From positions 930,001-994,000 of the forward strand of contig OZ231126.1 of NCBI GenBank assembly GCA_965153355.1: DNA of 64,000 bases. Reading direction: 5' to 3'. Shown here piece by piece: positions 1 to 12,857 of this stretch; position 1 is the stretch's first letter; each line of letters opens with the position of its first letter. Origin of the DNA: Flaccisagitta enflata (lineage: Eukaryota). Under the pieces are notes generated by a model, which was not told the DNA's origin, searched no databases, and was given only the letters and a program-made list of their open reading frames with translations. A program made the position numbers and the translations under genes.

Positions 1-445
1 GTCAGCAGAAACACTCCCTGGAGAGATAGAGATAGAGACATGAGAAAAAAAGGGTATTGAGACAAAGATAGAGACATACAAATTAACGGAAACAATCGAG
101 ATTCTTGTCGTCAGCAGATACACTCCCTGGAGAGATAGAGATAGAGACATGAGAAAAAAAGGGTATTGAGACAAAGATAGAGACATACAAATTAACGGAA
201 ACAATCGAGATTCTTGTCGTCAGCAGATACACTCCCTGGAGAGATAGAGATAGAGACATGAGAAAAAAAGGGTATTGAGACAAAGATAGAGACATACAAA
301 TTAACGGAAACAATCGAGATTCTTGTCGTCAGCAGATACACTCCCTGGAGAGATAGAGATAGAGACATGAGAAAAAAAGGGTAATGAGACAAAGATAGAG
401 ACATACAAATTAACGGAAACAATCGAGATTCTTGTCGTCAGTATA
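1..445. repeat. 109-bp tandem repeat, about 4 copies, incorporating a MITE end
   Basis: Near-identical units (gtcagcagatacactccctggagagatagag...gagattcttgtc). The array ends in gtcagtataaacacaccc, similar to the MITE terminus seen near 47720-47740. Confidence 0.9.
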
Positions 446-561
446 AACACACCCATTGACGCGTTTTCCAACTACGGGTTCTGTCCTACCAAGATTCTGG
501 GCGTGTTTCTAGTGGAGACAAAAAACGTGTTTTTTCCTGTGAAACGCGATCACAGCGTGAA

Positions 562-747
562 TAAGGCCTTGCGGGTTTGGCCGTGAGAAGGCCGAGGCTC
601 GGTTTTGTGGCCAAACCCGAAATTCGGTTTTGCTTACAAAACTGAACTTGTTTTCTAAGAGTTTTTTGCTTCTATATCATTCTTTCATTCTTCCACTCCT
701 CAAACTATTTTCTGTTTTTTTTTTCTCATCTTTATGATCATATTATA

Positions 748-838
<91 letters not shown>

Positions 839-2021
839 TTTTTTTTGTTTTTTTTTCTTATTATGTTGTTCAAACAAATTCTTTTTTCCTTCTTGCTCAC
901 ATTTTTTGCTGTCTCACTATGTCTATGTCTGTTTGTTCTTTTTCTATTTTGTTTCTCTTTTTTTTTCCCTTTTTTAGTCGCGTGCACGCGACTCTACACC
1001 CCGCTTGGGTGCTTCGCATAGCAAAAGTTGGTTATTTCTTTTCGCCCTCTTTACCTTATGTGGAGTGACCAATTTTAGGACCCTTACCATTTTTGTTTTA
1101 TCAAAAATCGTTCATCTTCCATTTTTTAGAAAATTGCTTTTGAGGACCTAATTTGCATAATGCAGTGGGATAAAACAATATGCTGACATTGTTTGAATCA
1201 GCTTTTATAATTTTTTACTCTTCACAGAATTACTATTCTGTCTTTTAATTTGCTCTTTCATAACTGATGTTCTGATATTTTAGCTTTTTTTTTATACATC
1301 ATGATTTTTTAAAACAAAAAATTGTCCTTTTTGTAACAAAACTACACAGGATTTTGCTGAATTCTGGGAAATCAGTGGAAACTTTAAGGCCAAAACAAAA
1401 ACGGAAGATGAAGGAATTTTGAAAAAAAGAAAATGATCATCTTCATGATTTTTACTCCTCCACATTACCTTAGTAGGGTGAAGGGATACTCCCAACTTTT
1501 GCTATGCGAAGCACCCAACCCGCTTTGTCGGTCCGTCCGTCGGTCCGTCCGTCGGTCCGTCCGTCGGTCCGTCGGTCCGTCACACTTTACTTTTTTTGTA
1601 ATAAAGCATCAACTCTTAGGTCATTTTAAGTCTTTTTTAGTCATTAATAGTTATTCTAAGTCATTTTGAGTCATTCTAAGTCATTTTAAGTTATTCAAAG
1701 TCATTTTAAGTTATCTTAAGTCATTTTTGGTCGTTGGGTTTTTTAGACATTTTAAGTCCTTTTTGGACATTTTAAGTCATTCTAAGTCATTCTAAGTCAT
1801 TCTAAGTCATTTTAAGTCATTCTAAGTCCTTCTTACCCTGTAAATCTCGCACGCGACTTATAGGTGTTGGCCTTGTTTTCTTTCATTTCTTTTTTCTATC
1901 TATTTTTTTCTCACTTTAATTGAAAAACCGATATAAGCCCGACATAAACCCGAGGAAAGGTTTTGGGGTATTCCGAACCCGAACCTAAACCGAGGAAAAA
2001 AACGCCATTCGCAAGGCCTTA
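562..2021. mobile_element. Non-autonomous hAT-like DNA element
   Basis: TIR taaggccttgcg / cgcaaggcctta with a perfect 8-bp flanking duplication agcgtgaa (554-561 and 2022-2029). Confidence 0.8.
1007..1516. mobile_element. MITE with 25-bp perfect TIR
   Basis: gggtgcttcgcatagcaaaagttgg / ccaacttttgctatgcgaagcaccc. Flanks accccgctt and aacccgctt (imperfect 9-bp duplication). Interrupts a HINE-like repeat. Confidence 0.8.
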
Positions 2022-3261
2022 AGCGTGAACACATATTCAAGATTTTCAACTATCCCACGAGGGAATGAGCGAAGTGAGTGAGCGGGCCCGTGAACGTAGC
2101 GAGCGACCGAGTGGCCCTTTCAAAACGCGATCGTCTTTGACTAGAAACGCCCCCTTAGACGTCAAAGGTAACATTACCGCATTTCCTCTAATTAGCGCCC
2201 TCCCTCTAATAAGCGTTCTCTCTTTTTTCCAAAATCAATTTGTCTTCAATCTCATTTAATATCTACAAAAATACATTTACATTTAATTCATTTGATTACA
2301 TTCAATTCTGTTTCTGGCCACTATTTTCTGTTTCACTCCGTAATTTGTTTATTCATTTTTTTTGCCTATTTTTTGCCATTTTGGAAGAACAAGGCCGGAT
2401 TCACGGCTACCCCAGTCGCGTGCGGGCGGGCAGGGACCATATTTGAGGTCACCAGAGCATTTGGGCAGGAGCAGTACGGTCAAAGAAAAAAAACATAAAA
2501 AAAGCAAACTGTGACCAACAGACCGACCAACCGACGGACAAAGCAGGGTGTTGAGTCACGACTAAAAGCAGTGAAATAGATTTTTTTTTAGATTTCTGTC
2601 AGCAGCCCGAGTGCTGATTAGAGAAAATACAATAATTGAGCAGCGTATTACGATCCAAACAGTCAAGACTGTAAAAATGACAAAATGCAAAGACTTTCCA
2701 ACTTCTTACCCCACTCCCGCCCTCTACCCCCCCTCACCTCCGCCCTCGCACTATTTTCATTTTTAGTCGCGTGCACGAGACTCTACAACCCGCTTTGTCC
2801 GTCGGTCGGTCGATTGGTTGGTTGGTCGGTCGTTCGGTCGGCCACACATTACTTCTTTTATCACTTTTATTTCTTTAAGTTATTTTTAGTCATTCTAAGT
2901 AATTTTACGGCACTACAAGTCATTCTAAGTGATTTTAAGTCATTTTAAGTCATTTTAAGTCATTTAAGTCATTTTTGGTCAGAAGGTCATTTTGTCATTT
3001 TAAGTCCTTTTTGTTCATCTTAAGTCATTTTAAGTCATTCTAACTCATTCCAAGTCATTCTAAGTCATTTTAAGTCATTTAAGTTATTTTTGGTCAGAAG
3101 TTCATTATGTCATTTTAAGTCCTTTTTGGTCATTTTAAGTCATTCCAAGTCATTCTAAGTCATTCCAAGTCATTCTAAGTCATTCCAAGTCATTCCAAGT
3201 CATTCTAAGTCAGTAGGTCTCGCACGCGACTTACAGGTGTTGGCCTTGTTTTCTTTGAAAG

Positions 3262-6200
3262 GTGAATTGATGCCAAGTATGAAAAGGAAGGATCGAGAAG
3301 TGATTTGGGAGAGTCATGCTGAGGATATCGATCGCGTGATCAGAAGCAGCGAAAGCAGTCCAGGAGCAGTCGCTACATTTCCGTCCCAAACCGGAAGTCA
3401 TCAATTTGCCATCTTTGACAGCCACATCGAGACAAATCCTCGCCTCGTTCAGTGGACCATGCAAAGGTTTGTGACTTGATCGCGGTACAGACCAACCTAC
3501 CTCAAAGAATGGACCGACCTACCGCTCATAGAGACGCTTGGCGAGACATCTTGTTCAGAGACAAATGAGAGAAAACTAGTGACGCGGAGTAACAATATCG
3601 TTGCAGATGGGTGGGTGGGGGCCTCCAACCCCCGTCCACGCCTCAATCCCCTAACCCCACACACAACTATTCACAAAAAGCACTTGAAACGCTCATTTTT
3701 CCACTCTTCAACTTGATCACCACGGATGGACGAACGGACCAATTGATGGATGGACAAAGCCTCTTATAGAGCTGCTTGCCCACAACTGCAAATGCCCAAA
3801 ATGGACCAAATTTTTTTAGGGGGTTTGAGGTACCTTCCAGGCGTGCTTTTTCTGGAGTAGCGAGTAGCGCCGCTACTCGGAAGCGTATCGGCGCCTCTCG
3901 GAAGATCTTGGAAGAAAAGGAAGAAGAAAAAGAAGAAGGGGAAGAAGGGAAAGAAGGGGAAGAAGGGGAAGAAGGGAAAGAAGGGGTAGAAGGGGTAGAA
4001 GGGATAGAAGAAGAAAGGGAAGAAGAAGAAGAAAGTTGAGTTATGAATTTTTTGTATGAAATAATTGAATTGATTTTTTTTCAAATTGCCTCAATGACAG
4101 TGTGTATTAAAGCATATTAAGTCCTAAGCACGCAAACAACAAAAAGTATGTATATGAGCATACCTGCCCATTTATAGTGAAGGTGGCTCAGGTCATTATG
4201 CGCTATTTCTGAGTAGTTGAAGCTGAGTCCTATAATTCTCTTTAGCTGCAAGACTTTTAGTCCAAAGTTCTGTGCCACAACATAAACTAGTGAGTTCAAG
4301 ACCGTCCACATCACAGTCGTGAAATGGAGCCACTCTGCAAGCATGTTTATGTAGTAAACAGCATGTGCCACGGAGTAATTCCACACCACGGTCATTTTTC
4401 TGAAATTTAATCACATACATCGATCTTAGTTTCGAAAGGCTGATTAACACATACAGCGATGTTAGCGACTATTTGAGTTGCAACTATGGTTCTTTGTTTC
4501 TTTTGCCATGATAAGAATTTTTATCAAAGTTGACTGATAACTCAAATTGACCTTCTTTAAAATCATAGGCATTACAGTGGATCAATTACTTTATAACTGC
4601 AATATGCAAATGAGGATTTTGTTGCTCATTTTGGATCTAAGCCATTTGATTGAAATTTGTCAGGAATTTGTCAAGGATTTGGACGTCAAGGCTGGGGTTT
4701 GATAAATTGTGGTAGGAAAAGACTAGTCAGATAGGTTTGGAAGGGAATGTGGTTACCGAATAAGTCGGAAGGTAGAAGTAGGAATAACATGCTACTCGGA
4801 AGGAAAGAATAAAAAGCACGCCTGGTACCTTCAAGGTCCTTCAAGGCCCAAAGACTGTGAAAAAAGGTTAGTAAGGAAGGCATCCACACAGATTAATAGA
4901 CGGACATATAGATAGACAGTACAGTCCATTATAAAGAAACAAGGCCGGATACACGGCCAATACCAGTTGCGGACGGGTGGGCAGGAGCAGAAATGCGCGT
5001 TTCCACACTTTCCAACTCAATCACTATGACGGACCAACCGACGGACGGACGGACAGGCGAATGGACGGACGAACGGACGGACGGACCAACGGACCGACGG
5101 ACAAAGCCTCTTATAGAGTTGCGTGTCCGCAACTAAAAACCCTATTCAACATTTTTCCGTCCAGGTACCTGGATTTTTACGGTGAGGAGCCACAGCCTGG
5201 ATCAATCCTTGGCCACAAATGTGGGGCCATCTTGGTGGCCACTGCGGATGATGACAAGGCGCTGTGGATAACACATCTCAAACCAAAACCTAGACCTAAA
5301 TTCATGAAAAACAAGGTAAATACAAAAAGCAAAAGGATATTCAATTATCAAGTACAGTTAAGCCTCACTATAACAGACCCGGGATTAATGGAAATCCATC
5401 TATAGCAGATGTGAAAGCTTGGACAATACTTGTCATTTCATTTATGCGTCTCTATACCCTGCTTCGTCAGTCCGTCAGCTGTCTGTCAGTCTGTCAGCTG
5501 TCAGCTGGTTACACTTACACCAAATTGTAGGACCTCTGTTGGTCTGTCGGTCTCTATTTGGCTACCCCGTTCCTGCCCATATACAAGCGATTGATGATAC
5601 CATAGATAATCTTTCATTAATCATGCGCAGGCCACTGCAGAGATTCCAATCCCCGAGGAATTGCTCATATCACCCTCGCAAGATTTCAGCTCACTTGGGA
5701 AACCCTTGCCCAGGTAGAATCTTTTAGGGCGTGTTTCTAGTGAAGATGAAAAACGCGTTTGTTCCCGCAAAACGTGATTACAGCATGAACACATATTCAA
5801 GAATTTCAACTGTCCCACGAGGGAGTGAGTAAAGTGAGTGAGCGAGCCTGTAAACGGAGCAAGCAAGCGAAGCGAGTGAAGCAAAGCCGAGCGCTGCAGA
5901 GTGAGTGAGCGGAGTGAGCGGTGCGAGCAAATGATTGTAGCGAGCGACAGAGTGTCACGTTAACAAGCCCGACTGGGCAACAATGCGTCCGGACTGCGTC
6001 TCTGCGTGTATTGATCATGTGACATAACGGGTGGACTTTTAAAAGGTAGCTTTTAATTTTTTTGATATCACCTTTAAAATTTCTCTTAGGTAGAAAATTT
6101 TTTTAAAGTTATCAAGATATGATTGTGGCCTCCATATTCCATTATGAACATTTTTTTTGAAGATCAATATTTTTCAGTTATCCTAAAAAAACTGAATTGA

Positions 6201-9200
6201 ATTAGGGACCACTAAAGAAATCTTGCTTTAATTTAACTAAAAAACAAAGTTTAGTTTTGAATCGCTAAAGTTGATCAAAAGTAGGTCTTAGGAAAGTATA
6301 AACACCAACATTTTTAAAATAAAAAACCAATTGCATAACTAAAACACCAGTAATAACCAATCATCATTTTTTGTTATAAATAGGCAATTATGCTCAGAAA
6401 AAAAATTTGGTTGACCAAACACAATTTGAATTTGTACATTATAATTATATACACCACTTATAAGACTCCTTTATTTTGAATGATCACAAAATAGGCAATT
6501 AACAACAGTTTTTATATTATTGAGATAAAGAGCGACCTTTTTTATGTCCACCCGGTATATGGAGAGACAGACAAACAGACGGGAAAAACGACTAAGTAGT
6601 AAAGGAGGCTCTTAAAACATGTTGGTTGATCATTTGTTTTGGTATAGGATCTCACCATGGCCAAAAACAGCCGAGAAACGCGGTTATTGCACAGGCGTAA
6701 CGGACCGACCGATGGACCAACCAGAGGACCAACAGACGGATGGACAGATGGACAGACCCTCTTATAGAGATGCGTTCCTGACGGACGCATCTAAAAACGC
6801 GATTGTCTTGGATCCAGAGGTGTATATAATTGAGCGGCTTTTGATTCTATTCTCCCCCTGCCTTTGATTTTCTTCCCCTCAAAGCTATAAAACAGTATAT
6901 TTATGGTTTAAATAGTGTTAAATTGTGTTGTAGTAATTGTATTTTACCTTTTGATACTTCCAAAAGTGTTAAATCTTCAAAAAAAATTTTTTTTCTTTAT
7001 AACTTTTGATTTTCTTCCCCATCTCCAAACCCTTTGATTTTATTCCCCCCTCCCCCCACCGGGGGGGGGGAATACTCAACTTTATACATTCCTGCTTGGA
7101 TCAGAAAAGCCCCCTCAATTTGTAGTCACACGCACATGAATATAGGGTATTCATTGAAAAGTCATGAGGTGAACTTTATTCAAATTTGTGATGATCTTTC
7201 TGTAAGCCAAAGCACATCTACAAGAGGCTGTGTCTGTCGGTTGGTTGGTTGATTGATTGGTTCGTGACGCATCCGTTCAACAATCCACGCGATGCACATT
7301 TTGCCCTAGTTGGCCTTGTTATTTTTAGTTACATTGGTCGGGAACACATCTCTATTAGAGGGTCTGTCCATCCAACAGTCCGTCAATCAGTCTGTCCGTC
7401 AATCTGTCCGTCGGGCCGTCCATTAGTTCGTCCATCGGTCGGTCTGTCTGTTATGCCTGTGCAAAAACCGCGTTTCTCGGCTGTTTTTGGCCACGGTGAG
7501 ATCCTATACTGAAACAAATGATCAACCAACATGTTTTGAGAGCCTCATTTACTACTTAGTCGTTTCACCTGTCTATTCATCCATCTGTCGCTCCATATAT
7601 GTCACATGATCAATACATGCAAGACACAGTCCGGACGCATTGTTGCCCGGTCAGGCTTGTTTAGATTTGTAAAACACATGTAATTTTTTGTCAAACTTGG
7701 TTGTCATCAGATTTGACACTCCGTTTGGGGAACAACCAGAGGGTTTCCAGGATATTTACATTTGGTGGGATCCAGTTGTTAACGCGGCTTATCTTCACCT
7801 CGACTTCCTCAATGGCGCCTACACGAGTCAACAATGCTGGAGAGCCAAAGCAGCTGTCAAAAACACTCTGCAACGTCTTAAGAGTAAGGATGTTGCTTTC
7901 ATTAATCATTAGATTTAGAGTACCTACACGGGTCAACAATGCTGGAGAGCCAAAGCCGTCGTCAAAAACGCTCTTCAACATCTTAAGAGAAAGGATGTCA
8001 TTTTCATTGATCATTAGATTTAGAGTTCCTTCACGAGTCAACAATGCTGGAGAGCCAAAGCCATAGTCAAAAAACTCTTCAACGTCTTAAGAGTGAGGAT
8101 GTCACTTTCATTAATTGTTAGATTCAGAGTACCTACACCAGTCAACAATGATGAAGAGCCAAAGCTGTAGTCAAAAACACTCTTTAGCATCTTAAAAGTA
8201 AGGATGTCACTTTCATTAATTGTTAGATTCAGAGTACCTACACCAGTCAACAATGCTGGAGAGCCAAAGCTGTAGTCAAAAACACTCTTCAACGTCTTAA
8301 GAGTAAGGATGTCACTTTCATTAATCGTTAGATTCAGAGTACCTACACCAGTCAACAATGCTGGAGAGCCATAGCCATTGTCAAAAACACTCTTTCACAT
8401 TTTAAGAGTAAGGATGAAACTTTCATTAACCACTAGATTTAGAGTACCTACATGAGCCAGCAACGCTGGAAAGCCAAAGCCGTCCTCAAACACACTATGT
8501 CTTAAGAGTGAGGATGTCACTTTCATTAATCATTAGATTTAGAGTACCTACACAAGTCAACAATGCTAGGGAGCCAAAGCCGTCGTCAAACGCACTCTTC
8601 AACGTCTCAAGAGTAAGGATATCACTTTCACTGATCACTAGAGTACCATACACTTGTACGAATTAGCGCCCCTCTCTTTTTGTTAAGAGATTCCAGATGG
8701 ACAATTGCAGAAAATGCTATTCTAGGTGCATTTTGCTGAATTTTTTCAAATTTTCTCATCAAACATCAATTACATCGTAGAAATTGTCTAGGTCTGGTTA
8801 AAAAAGGGGTATTGTTTCTTGAGAGTGTTGCCCTCACCTCAGGTAAGTTGTTGAAAAAAACATGTGCCGGTAAATGCTTTTGGTATTATGATTTATCACA
8901 CTCTGCTTAAACGTGAAACATTATCTTACCAGGCCAATTGGAATGATGCTTATCTTGATTTTAACAATAGCATCCATATCTTTTTTTATGTTGCTCTTGT
9001 TTCTTGTTCAAGCTAGAGTTTCAATTTCAAAAGTAATGATTTAAGTAAAACAATTTATTTCTGCACCAGAATCCCATGACACTGACGACAGCCACCCTCC
9101 AATTCTTGTATTGATGGGAGGATCACAATTCTTTGGAAATGGAATCAATTTGAATGCAATTGAGAGTGCACAGTGCCCCGAAACGGCATCATGGATCAAC

Positions 9201-12163
9201 ATCAATGCGATTGACGATTTCATTCAAAGGTACTGTATCGTGGGTCAACATCAACTCAATTGAAAAAATCTTTCAAAACAAAAGGTAATTGAAAGTGCTC
9301 AGTGCTCCGAAACTGCATTGTGGATGGAAATGAGGATTTTAATCAAAGAAGATTGACAGTGCACAGTAGTGGGCTAGTGCACAGTTGCCCGAAATTTTGC
9401 AAAAAAAATCACAAAAAAATCATTTTTGAAAATTTAAGTTTAGATTAAGTAGATGTCTTACTATGTTAAGTTTGAGTCGGAGTTTGAGTCTAGTGGGACA
9501 ATATCCCTCACTATACCCAAACTCTATCAGGAATGTATCATCCTGACCTTGTTCGTGTACATTTGAGGGTACTTACTGAATGATTTTGTTATGCTTTAAA
9601 CTGGAATTAAGCCATACAAAAAAAAAAAAAAAAAACAGACAGAAGCAGAATAAAAAGAAAAAAAAAATGGGCAGTTGCACTTGTTGAAAGTTTCGACCAT
9701 CATAGTTGCGTTTTATAAAATAGCTTCAAATTTGTTTCAAACACAGCTTTATTGAGGAACCTGATGTGGTGACAGTGGCGGCACTTCGTCGTAACGCTGG
9801 TGCTGGAGGCGCGATGGTCGCAGCCGCCGCCGATTATGTCATTTCCAATCCATCAGTTGTCCTCAACAACTCATATCAGGTACAGTACGATGGGAGCAAT
9901 AAGGGCAGTACAAAGAGGGCCTTCTATATTCTTACTGTTTGGAGGAAGAACCTAAAGCTTTAGTTTTTGTTGAATGCTGATGGTCCAAGGTATTGAGTGA
10001 ACATAAAATTCCACACTAAGTGATTCAAAAGAAAACTGACAATTGATTTCCCCACAGCTGATCACTCCAAGCAGGGCATCGGGTACTGCTGACCATGTGA
10101 CCCTTTGATTTCCTCCCCCATCTCCAGACCCTTTGATTTCCCCCCCCACGGGGGGGGGGGGAGAAACTCAATAATATACAGGCCTGGCTCATTTGCATAA
10201 TGCAGTTTTGTGGTTTTTGCTTCTCACTCTTATAGATCTTTAAGGAAATAAAAAAAAATTCACCTGTGAAGTATTTTACCCTAAGATACGGTTTCCAATG
10301 CATGATTTGTGAGAATTTTACAAATTTGCCTAATTTTCTCATTTTTGGCTTTTTAAAGCCATTTTTGGGTCGCTTAGGCATATCCCAAAATCTCCAAAGT
10401 TCACTACAATACTAATTTAAAATAGGACTGCAAAAAAATCATGAAAACATTCAAAGTATTACTGTTTTTAAAGCAAAAACAACACTTTTTAGCACAAAAA
10501 ACCATTTCTAATTTTTTGGCCAATATTTGACCAAAAAAAATATCATATTCTTATTCTACACCTTTTTTAGGACCTCTGTGCAAAAGATTAGGGTTGGTGT
10601 CTATATTTTTTTTTATTTGAGAAATTTTCATCCTGGATTCCTGCCCGACTCAGTAACTCGCTACATTTGTTTGTTTGCACCGCTCCAAAGCGCTCTGGTC
10701 GCTCACTCTGTTTATGGCTCACTCACTTGCTCCACTCACTCCCTTGTGGGTATGTCGACATTTAAGAATGTTTGTTCATGCTGTGAACGCCATTAACGAG
10801 AAAATTTGTGATTATTGTTGTCAATGGAAACACGCACTCTAATGATATCATGGGTGGGTTTCTACTAATGACAAAAATCTCAATTGTTTCTGTCAAAGTT
10901 GTTTTCAGCCTGAACACATATTCACAAATTTCAATTGTCCCATGAGGGAATGAGCAATATGTGTGCGCGAGCCCGTGAATGGAGCGAGAAGAAAGCTGCG
11001 AGGCGAGTAAGCGGAATGAGCAGTGTAAGCAAACAAATGAAGCGAGTGGCCCATTAAAAACGCAATTGTTATGAGTAGAAACAGACCCCATGTCAAAGTA
11101 ATCTAAGTGTCAAAGGCTATACATTCAAAGTATCTACTGAGTATATTATTCCATATAAGGGCATGTATCTGCACGGTTCCGAGTATTGGACTTATTTCCT
11201 TCCCCGGCGGGTAGGAGAGGAAGTGGCTCAGGATTGGATGTCCAAAACAAATTCACCAATCAGCGCTCTGGAAGCTCATCGCAAAGGATTTGTCGATGAG
11301 ATCGTCGGAACCGACTTCAACAGCTGTGATTCGGTATGGCTGTATGGATATATGGGTAATTGGGTATGGCCATGGGTAAGGTTATGGGTATGGGCTTGTG
11401 TATGAGTAAGGGCAAGGAAAAGGATATGGCCCATTGGGCAAGTGTAGGGATACATGGTGATGATAAGTTATTGTTGAATCTAAAATGCGATGATAAAAGG
11501 CTGAACAAAATCTGCTTTTTTCAAGTTCCCATTGAATTCCATGGTGATTAGAGGGGAATGGCAGAAGATCTGCCCAGAGGGTCATGAAACCTGACAAATC
11601 CTTTGGCGTGTTTCTAGTGAAGATAAAAAACGCGTTTGTTACCATTGAACATGTTTACAGCATGAATGTATATCCATGAATACAACTGTCCCACGAGGGA
11701 GTGAGCAAAGTGAGTGAGCAAGCCCGTAAATGGAGTGAGCGAGCAAGGCGAGCGTAGCAAAATGGAGCGCTGCAGAGCAAGTGAGCGGAGTGAGCGGTGC
11801 GAGCTAAGGAACGTAGCGAGCGATTGAGTGGCCCGTTCATAACCCAATTGTCTCTGACCAGAAACGCCCCGTTATTGCAGATGAAGTCTCTCAAAGATAG
11901 AAGTATAACAGCCTCACCCTGATATGAACACTTTTATCAGAGAAGGCCTTCATGTTTTTTTTTTTCAGGCGGTTCTGGACTTCATTCCTTCCTTCGCCTT
12001 GTCTCCTAAATGCCGTCTTCTGTGTGCAAAGAAGACTGACAGAGACGAGGCCGAATTTCGTCGTCAAATCGCAGCCGCGCGTGACTTCGAGTTGGAACAA
12101 ATGCGCGGCTCTTTCAAAGATCCACGTTACCACCAAGCCAGAAAAACGTTTGTCTTTCATTGA
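3262..12163 (+). CDS. hypX: HypX/HoxX-like protein (formyltransferase C-terminal subdomain plus crotonase/enoyl-CoA hydratase-like domain), 5'-partial, 7 exons
   Basis: Exons 3262-3466, 5165-5315, 5631-5713, 7711-7883, 9070-9229, 9747-9879, 11160-11333 and terminal exon 11969-12163 (7 internal plus the terminal exon), all AG/GT-bounded with matching phases and no internal stop. Motifs typical of HypX: GELMPSMKRKDREVIW, IRSSESSPG, PGSILGHKCGAILVATADD-ALWITHLK, AYLHLDFLNGAYTSQQC, LVLMGGSQFFGNGINLNAIE, SWININAIDD, VAALRRNAGAGGAM, VVLNNSYQGMYLHGSEYWTYFLPRRVG, ELEQMRGSFKDPRYHQARKTFVFH-stop. The N-terminal formyltransferase core is not in the window. Confidence 0.9.
3826..4833. mobile_element. Probable non-autonomous TIR element in a hypX intron
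   Basis: Imperfect inverted ends gaggtaccttccaggcgtgctttt / aaaagcacgcctggtaccttc, with an internal purine-rich simple repeat. Confidence 0.45.
7817..8648 (+). repeat. About 105-bp tandem repeat, about 8 copies, derived from the 3' end of a hypX exon plus its splice donor
   Basis: Unit acacgagtcaacaatgctggagagccaaagc...cgtcttaagagtaaggatg...ttagagtacct. The first copy is coding (to 7883). Confidence 0.9.
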
Positions 12164-12857
12164 ACACGTTTTATCTTTTTATACCATGTCATACATGTAG
12201 AGAACGGCTAGATACGATATAATCTCCAAGTATATGATGTCTAACTCGCTTTGCAATTATGGCTGAATAACTATTTTTTATTTTGAAGAATTTCATCATA
12301 CTTCTGCTAGTTAGTAGTAGAGTTAAGTCCAATATTCATGGTGCCCCGGGCCAAATTGTGGTAACAAGCTGAGTATATGAAGTCGTGGAACCTATGGTCT
12401 AAACAAAAAAAAGATTTCACTCGTTTTCTATCTTGTTTAATGAAAAATGAATTACTTGGAAAAAGTGAAGAATGATGTTCTAAATACATGGCCATGGTCA
12501 TGGCCTCAGCTGAATGACGGCCTGTCAACTTGGGTCCAAATCATTGCTATTAGTAAAAACATTTCTTAAAATTTCTTTTCCCTCACTTTATCACCACATT
12601 TTTTTGCATGTCGTATGCGCAAAAATATCAAATTCTCATGTTATGTATTTTGAAATGTCCTTAAAGTGCTAAAAGCATGAAAAAAACCCTGTTTGTTACC
12701 GTAACCATGTTAGGAGATCTTGTTTCCTGTTGTACTACACAGGTGGTGTTGGTGCTAATAAAGTTCATCCTTGCCAGGACTTTTTAAGGAAGTTGCTCCA
12801 GCAATTAACTTCCTCACTTGTAACTCTTGGGTCTTCCACAGTTAAAAGAACACGTCC

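Larger units (their letters stand above)
499..2154. mobile_element. Short-TIR MITE (GGGCGTGTTTCTAGT...ACTAGAAACGCCC) carrying nested insertions
   Basis: Inverted ends at 499 and about 2154. Related copies near 5727, 10852-11088, 11605-11870, 47539-47741 and 52958-53193. Confidence 0.7.

Noticed and set aside
1-445. CRISPR-like array
   Set aside because: Units are contiguous 109-bp copies with no unique spacers, and there are no cas genes. The context is eukaryotic.
4117-4450. Transposase or host ORF inside the intronic TIR element
   Set aside because: No recognisable catalytic motif and no supporting splice structure.
7691-8358. Repetitive ORFs on both strands
   Set aside because: By-products of the 105-bp tandem array. 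Only 7711-7883 fits the HypX frame.
3262-12163. Bacterial contamination as the source of hypX
   Set aside because: The gene has multiple spliceosomal introns containing the host's own repeat families and is contiguous with animal genes.
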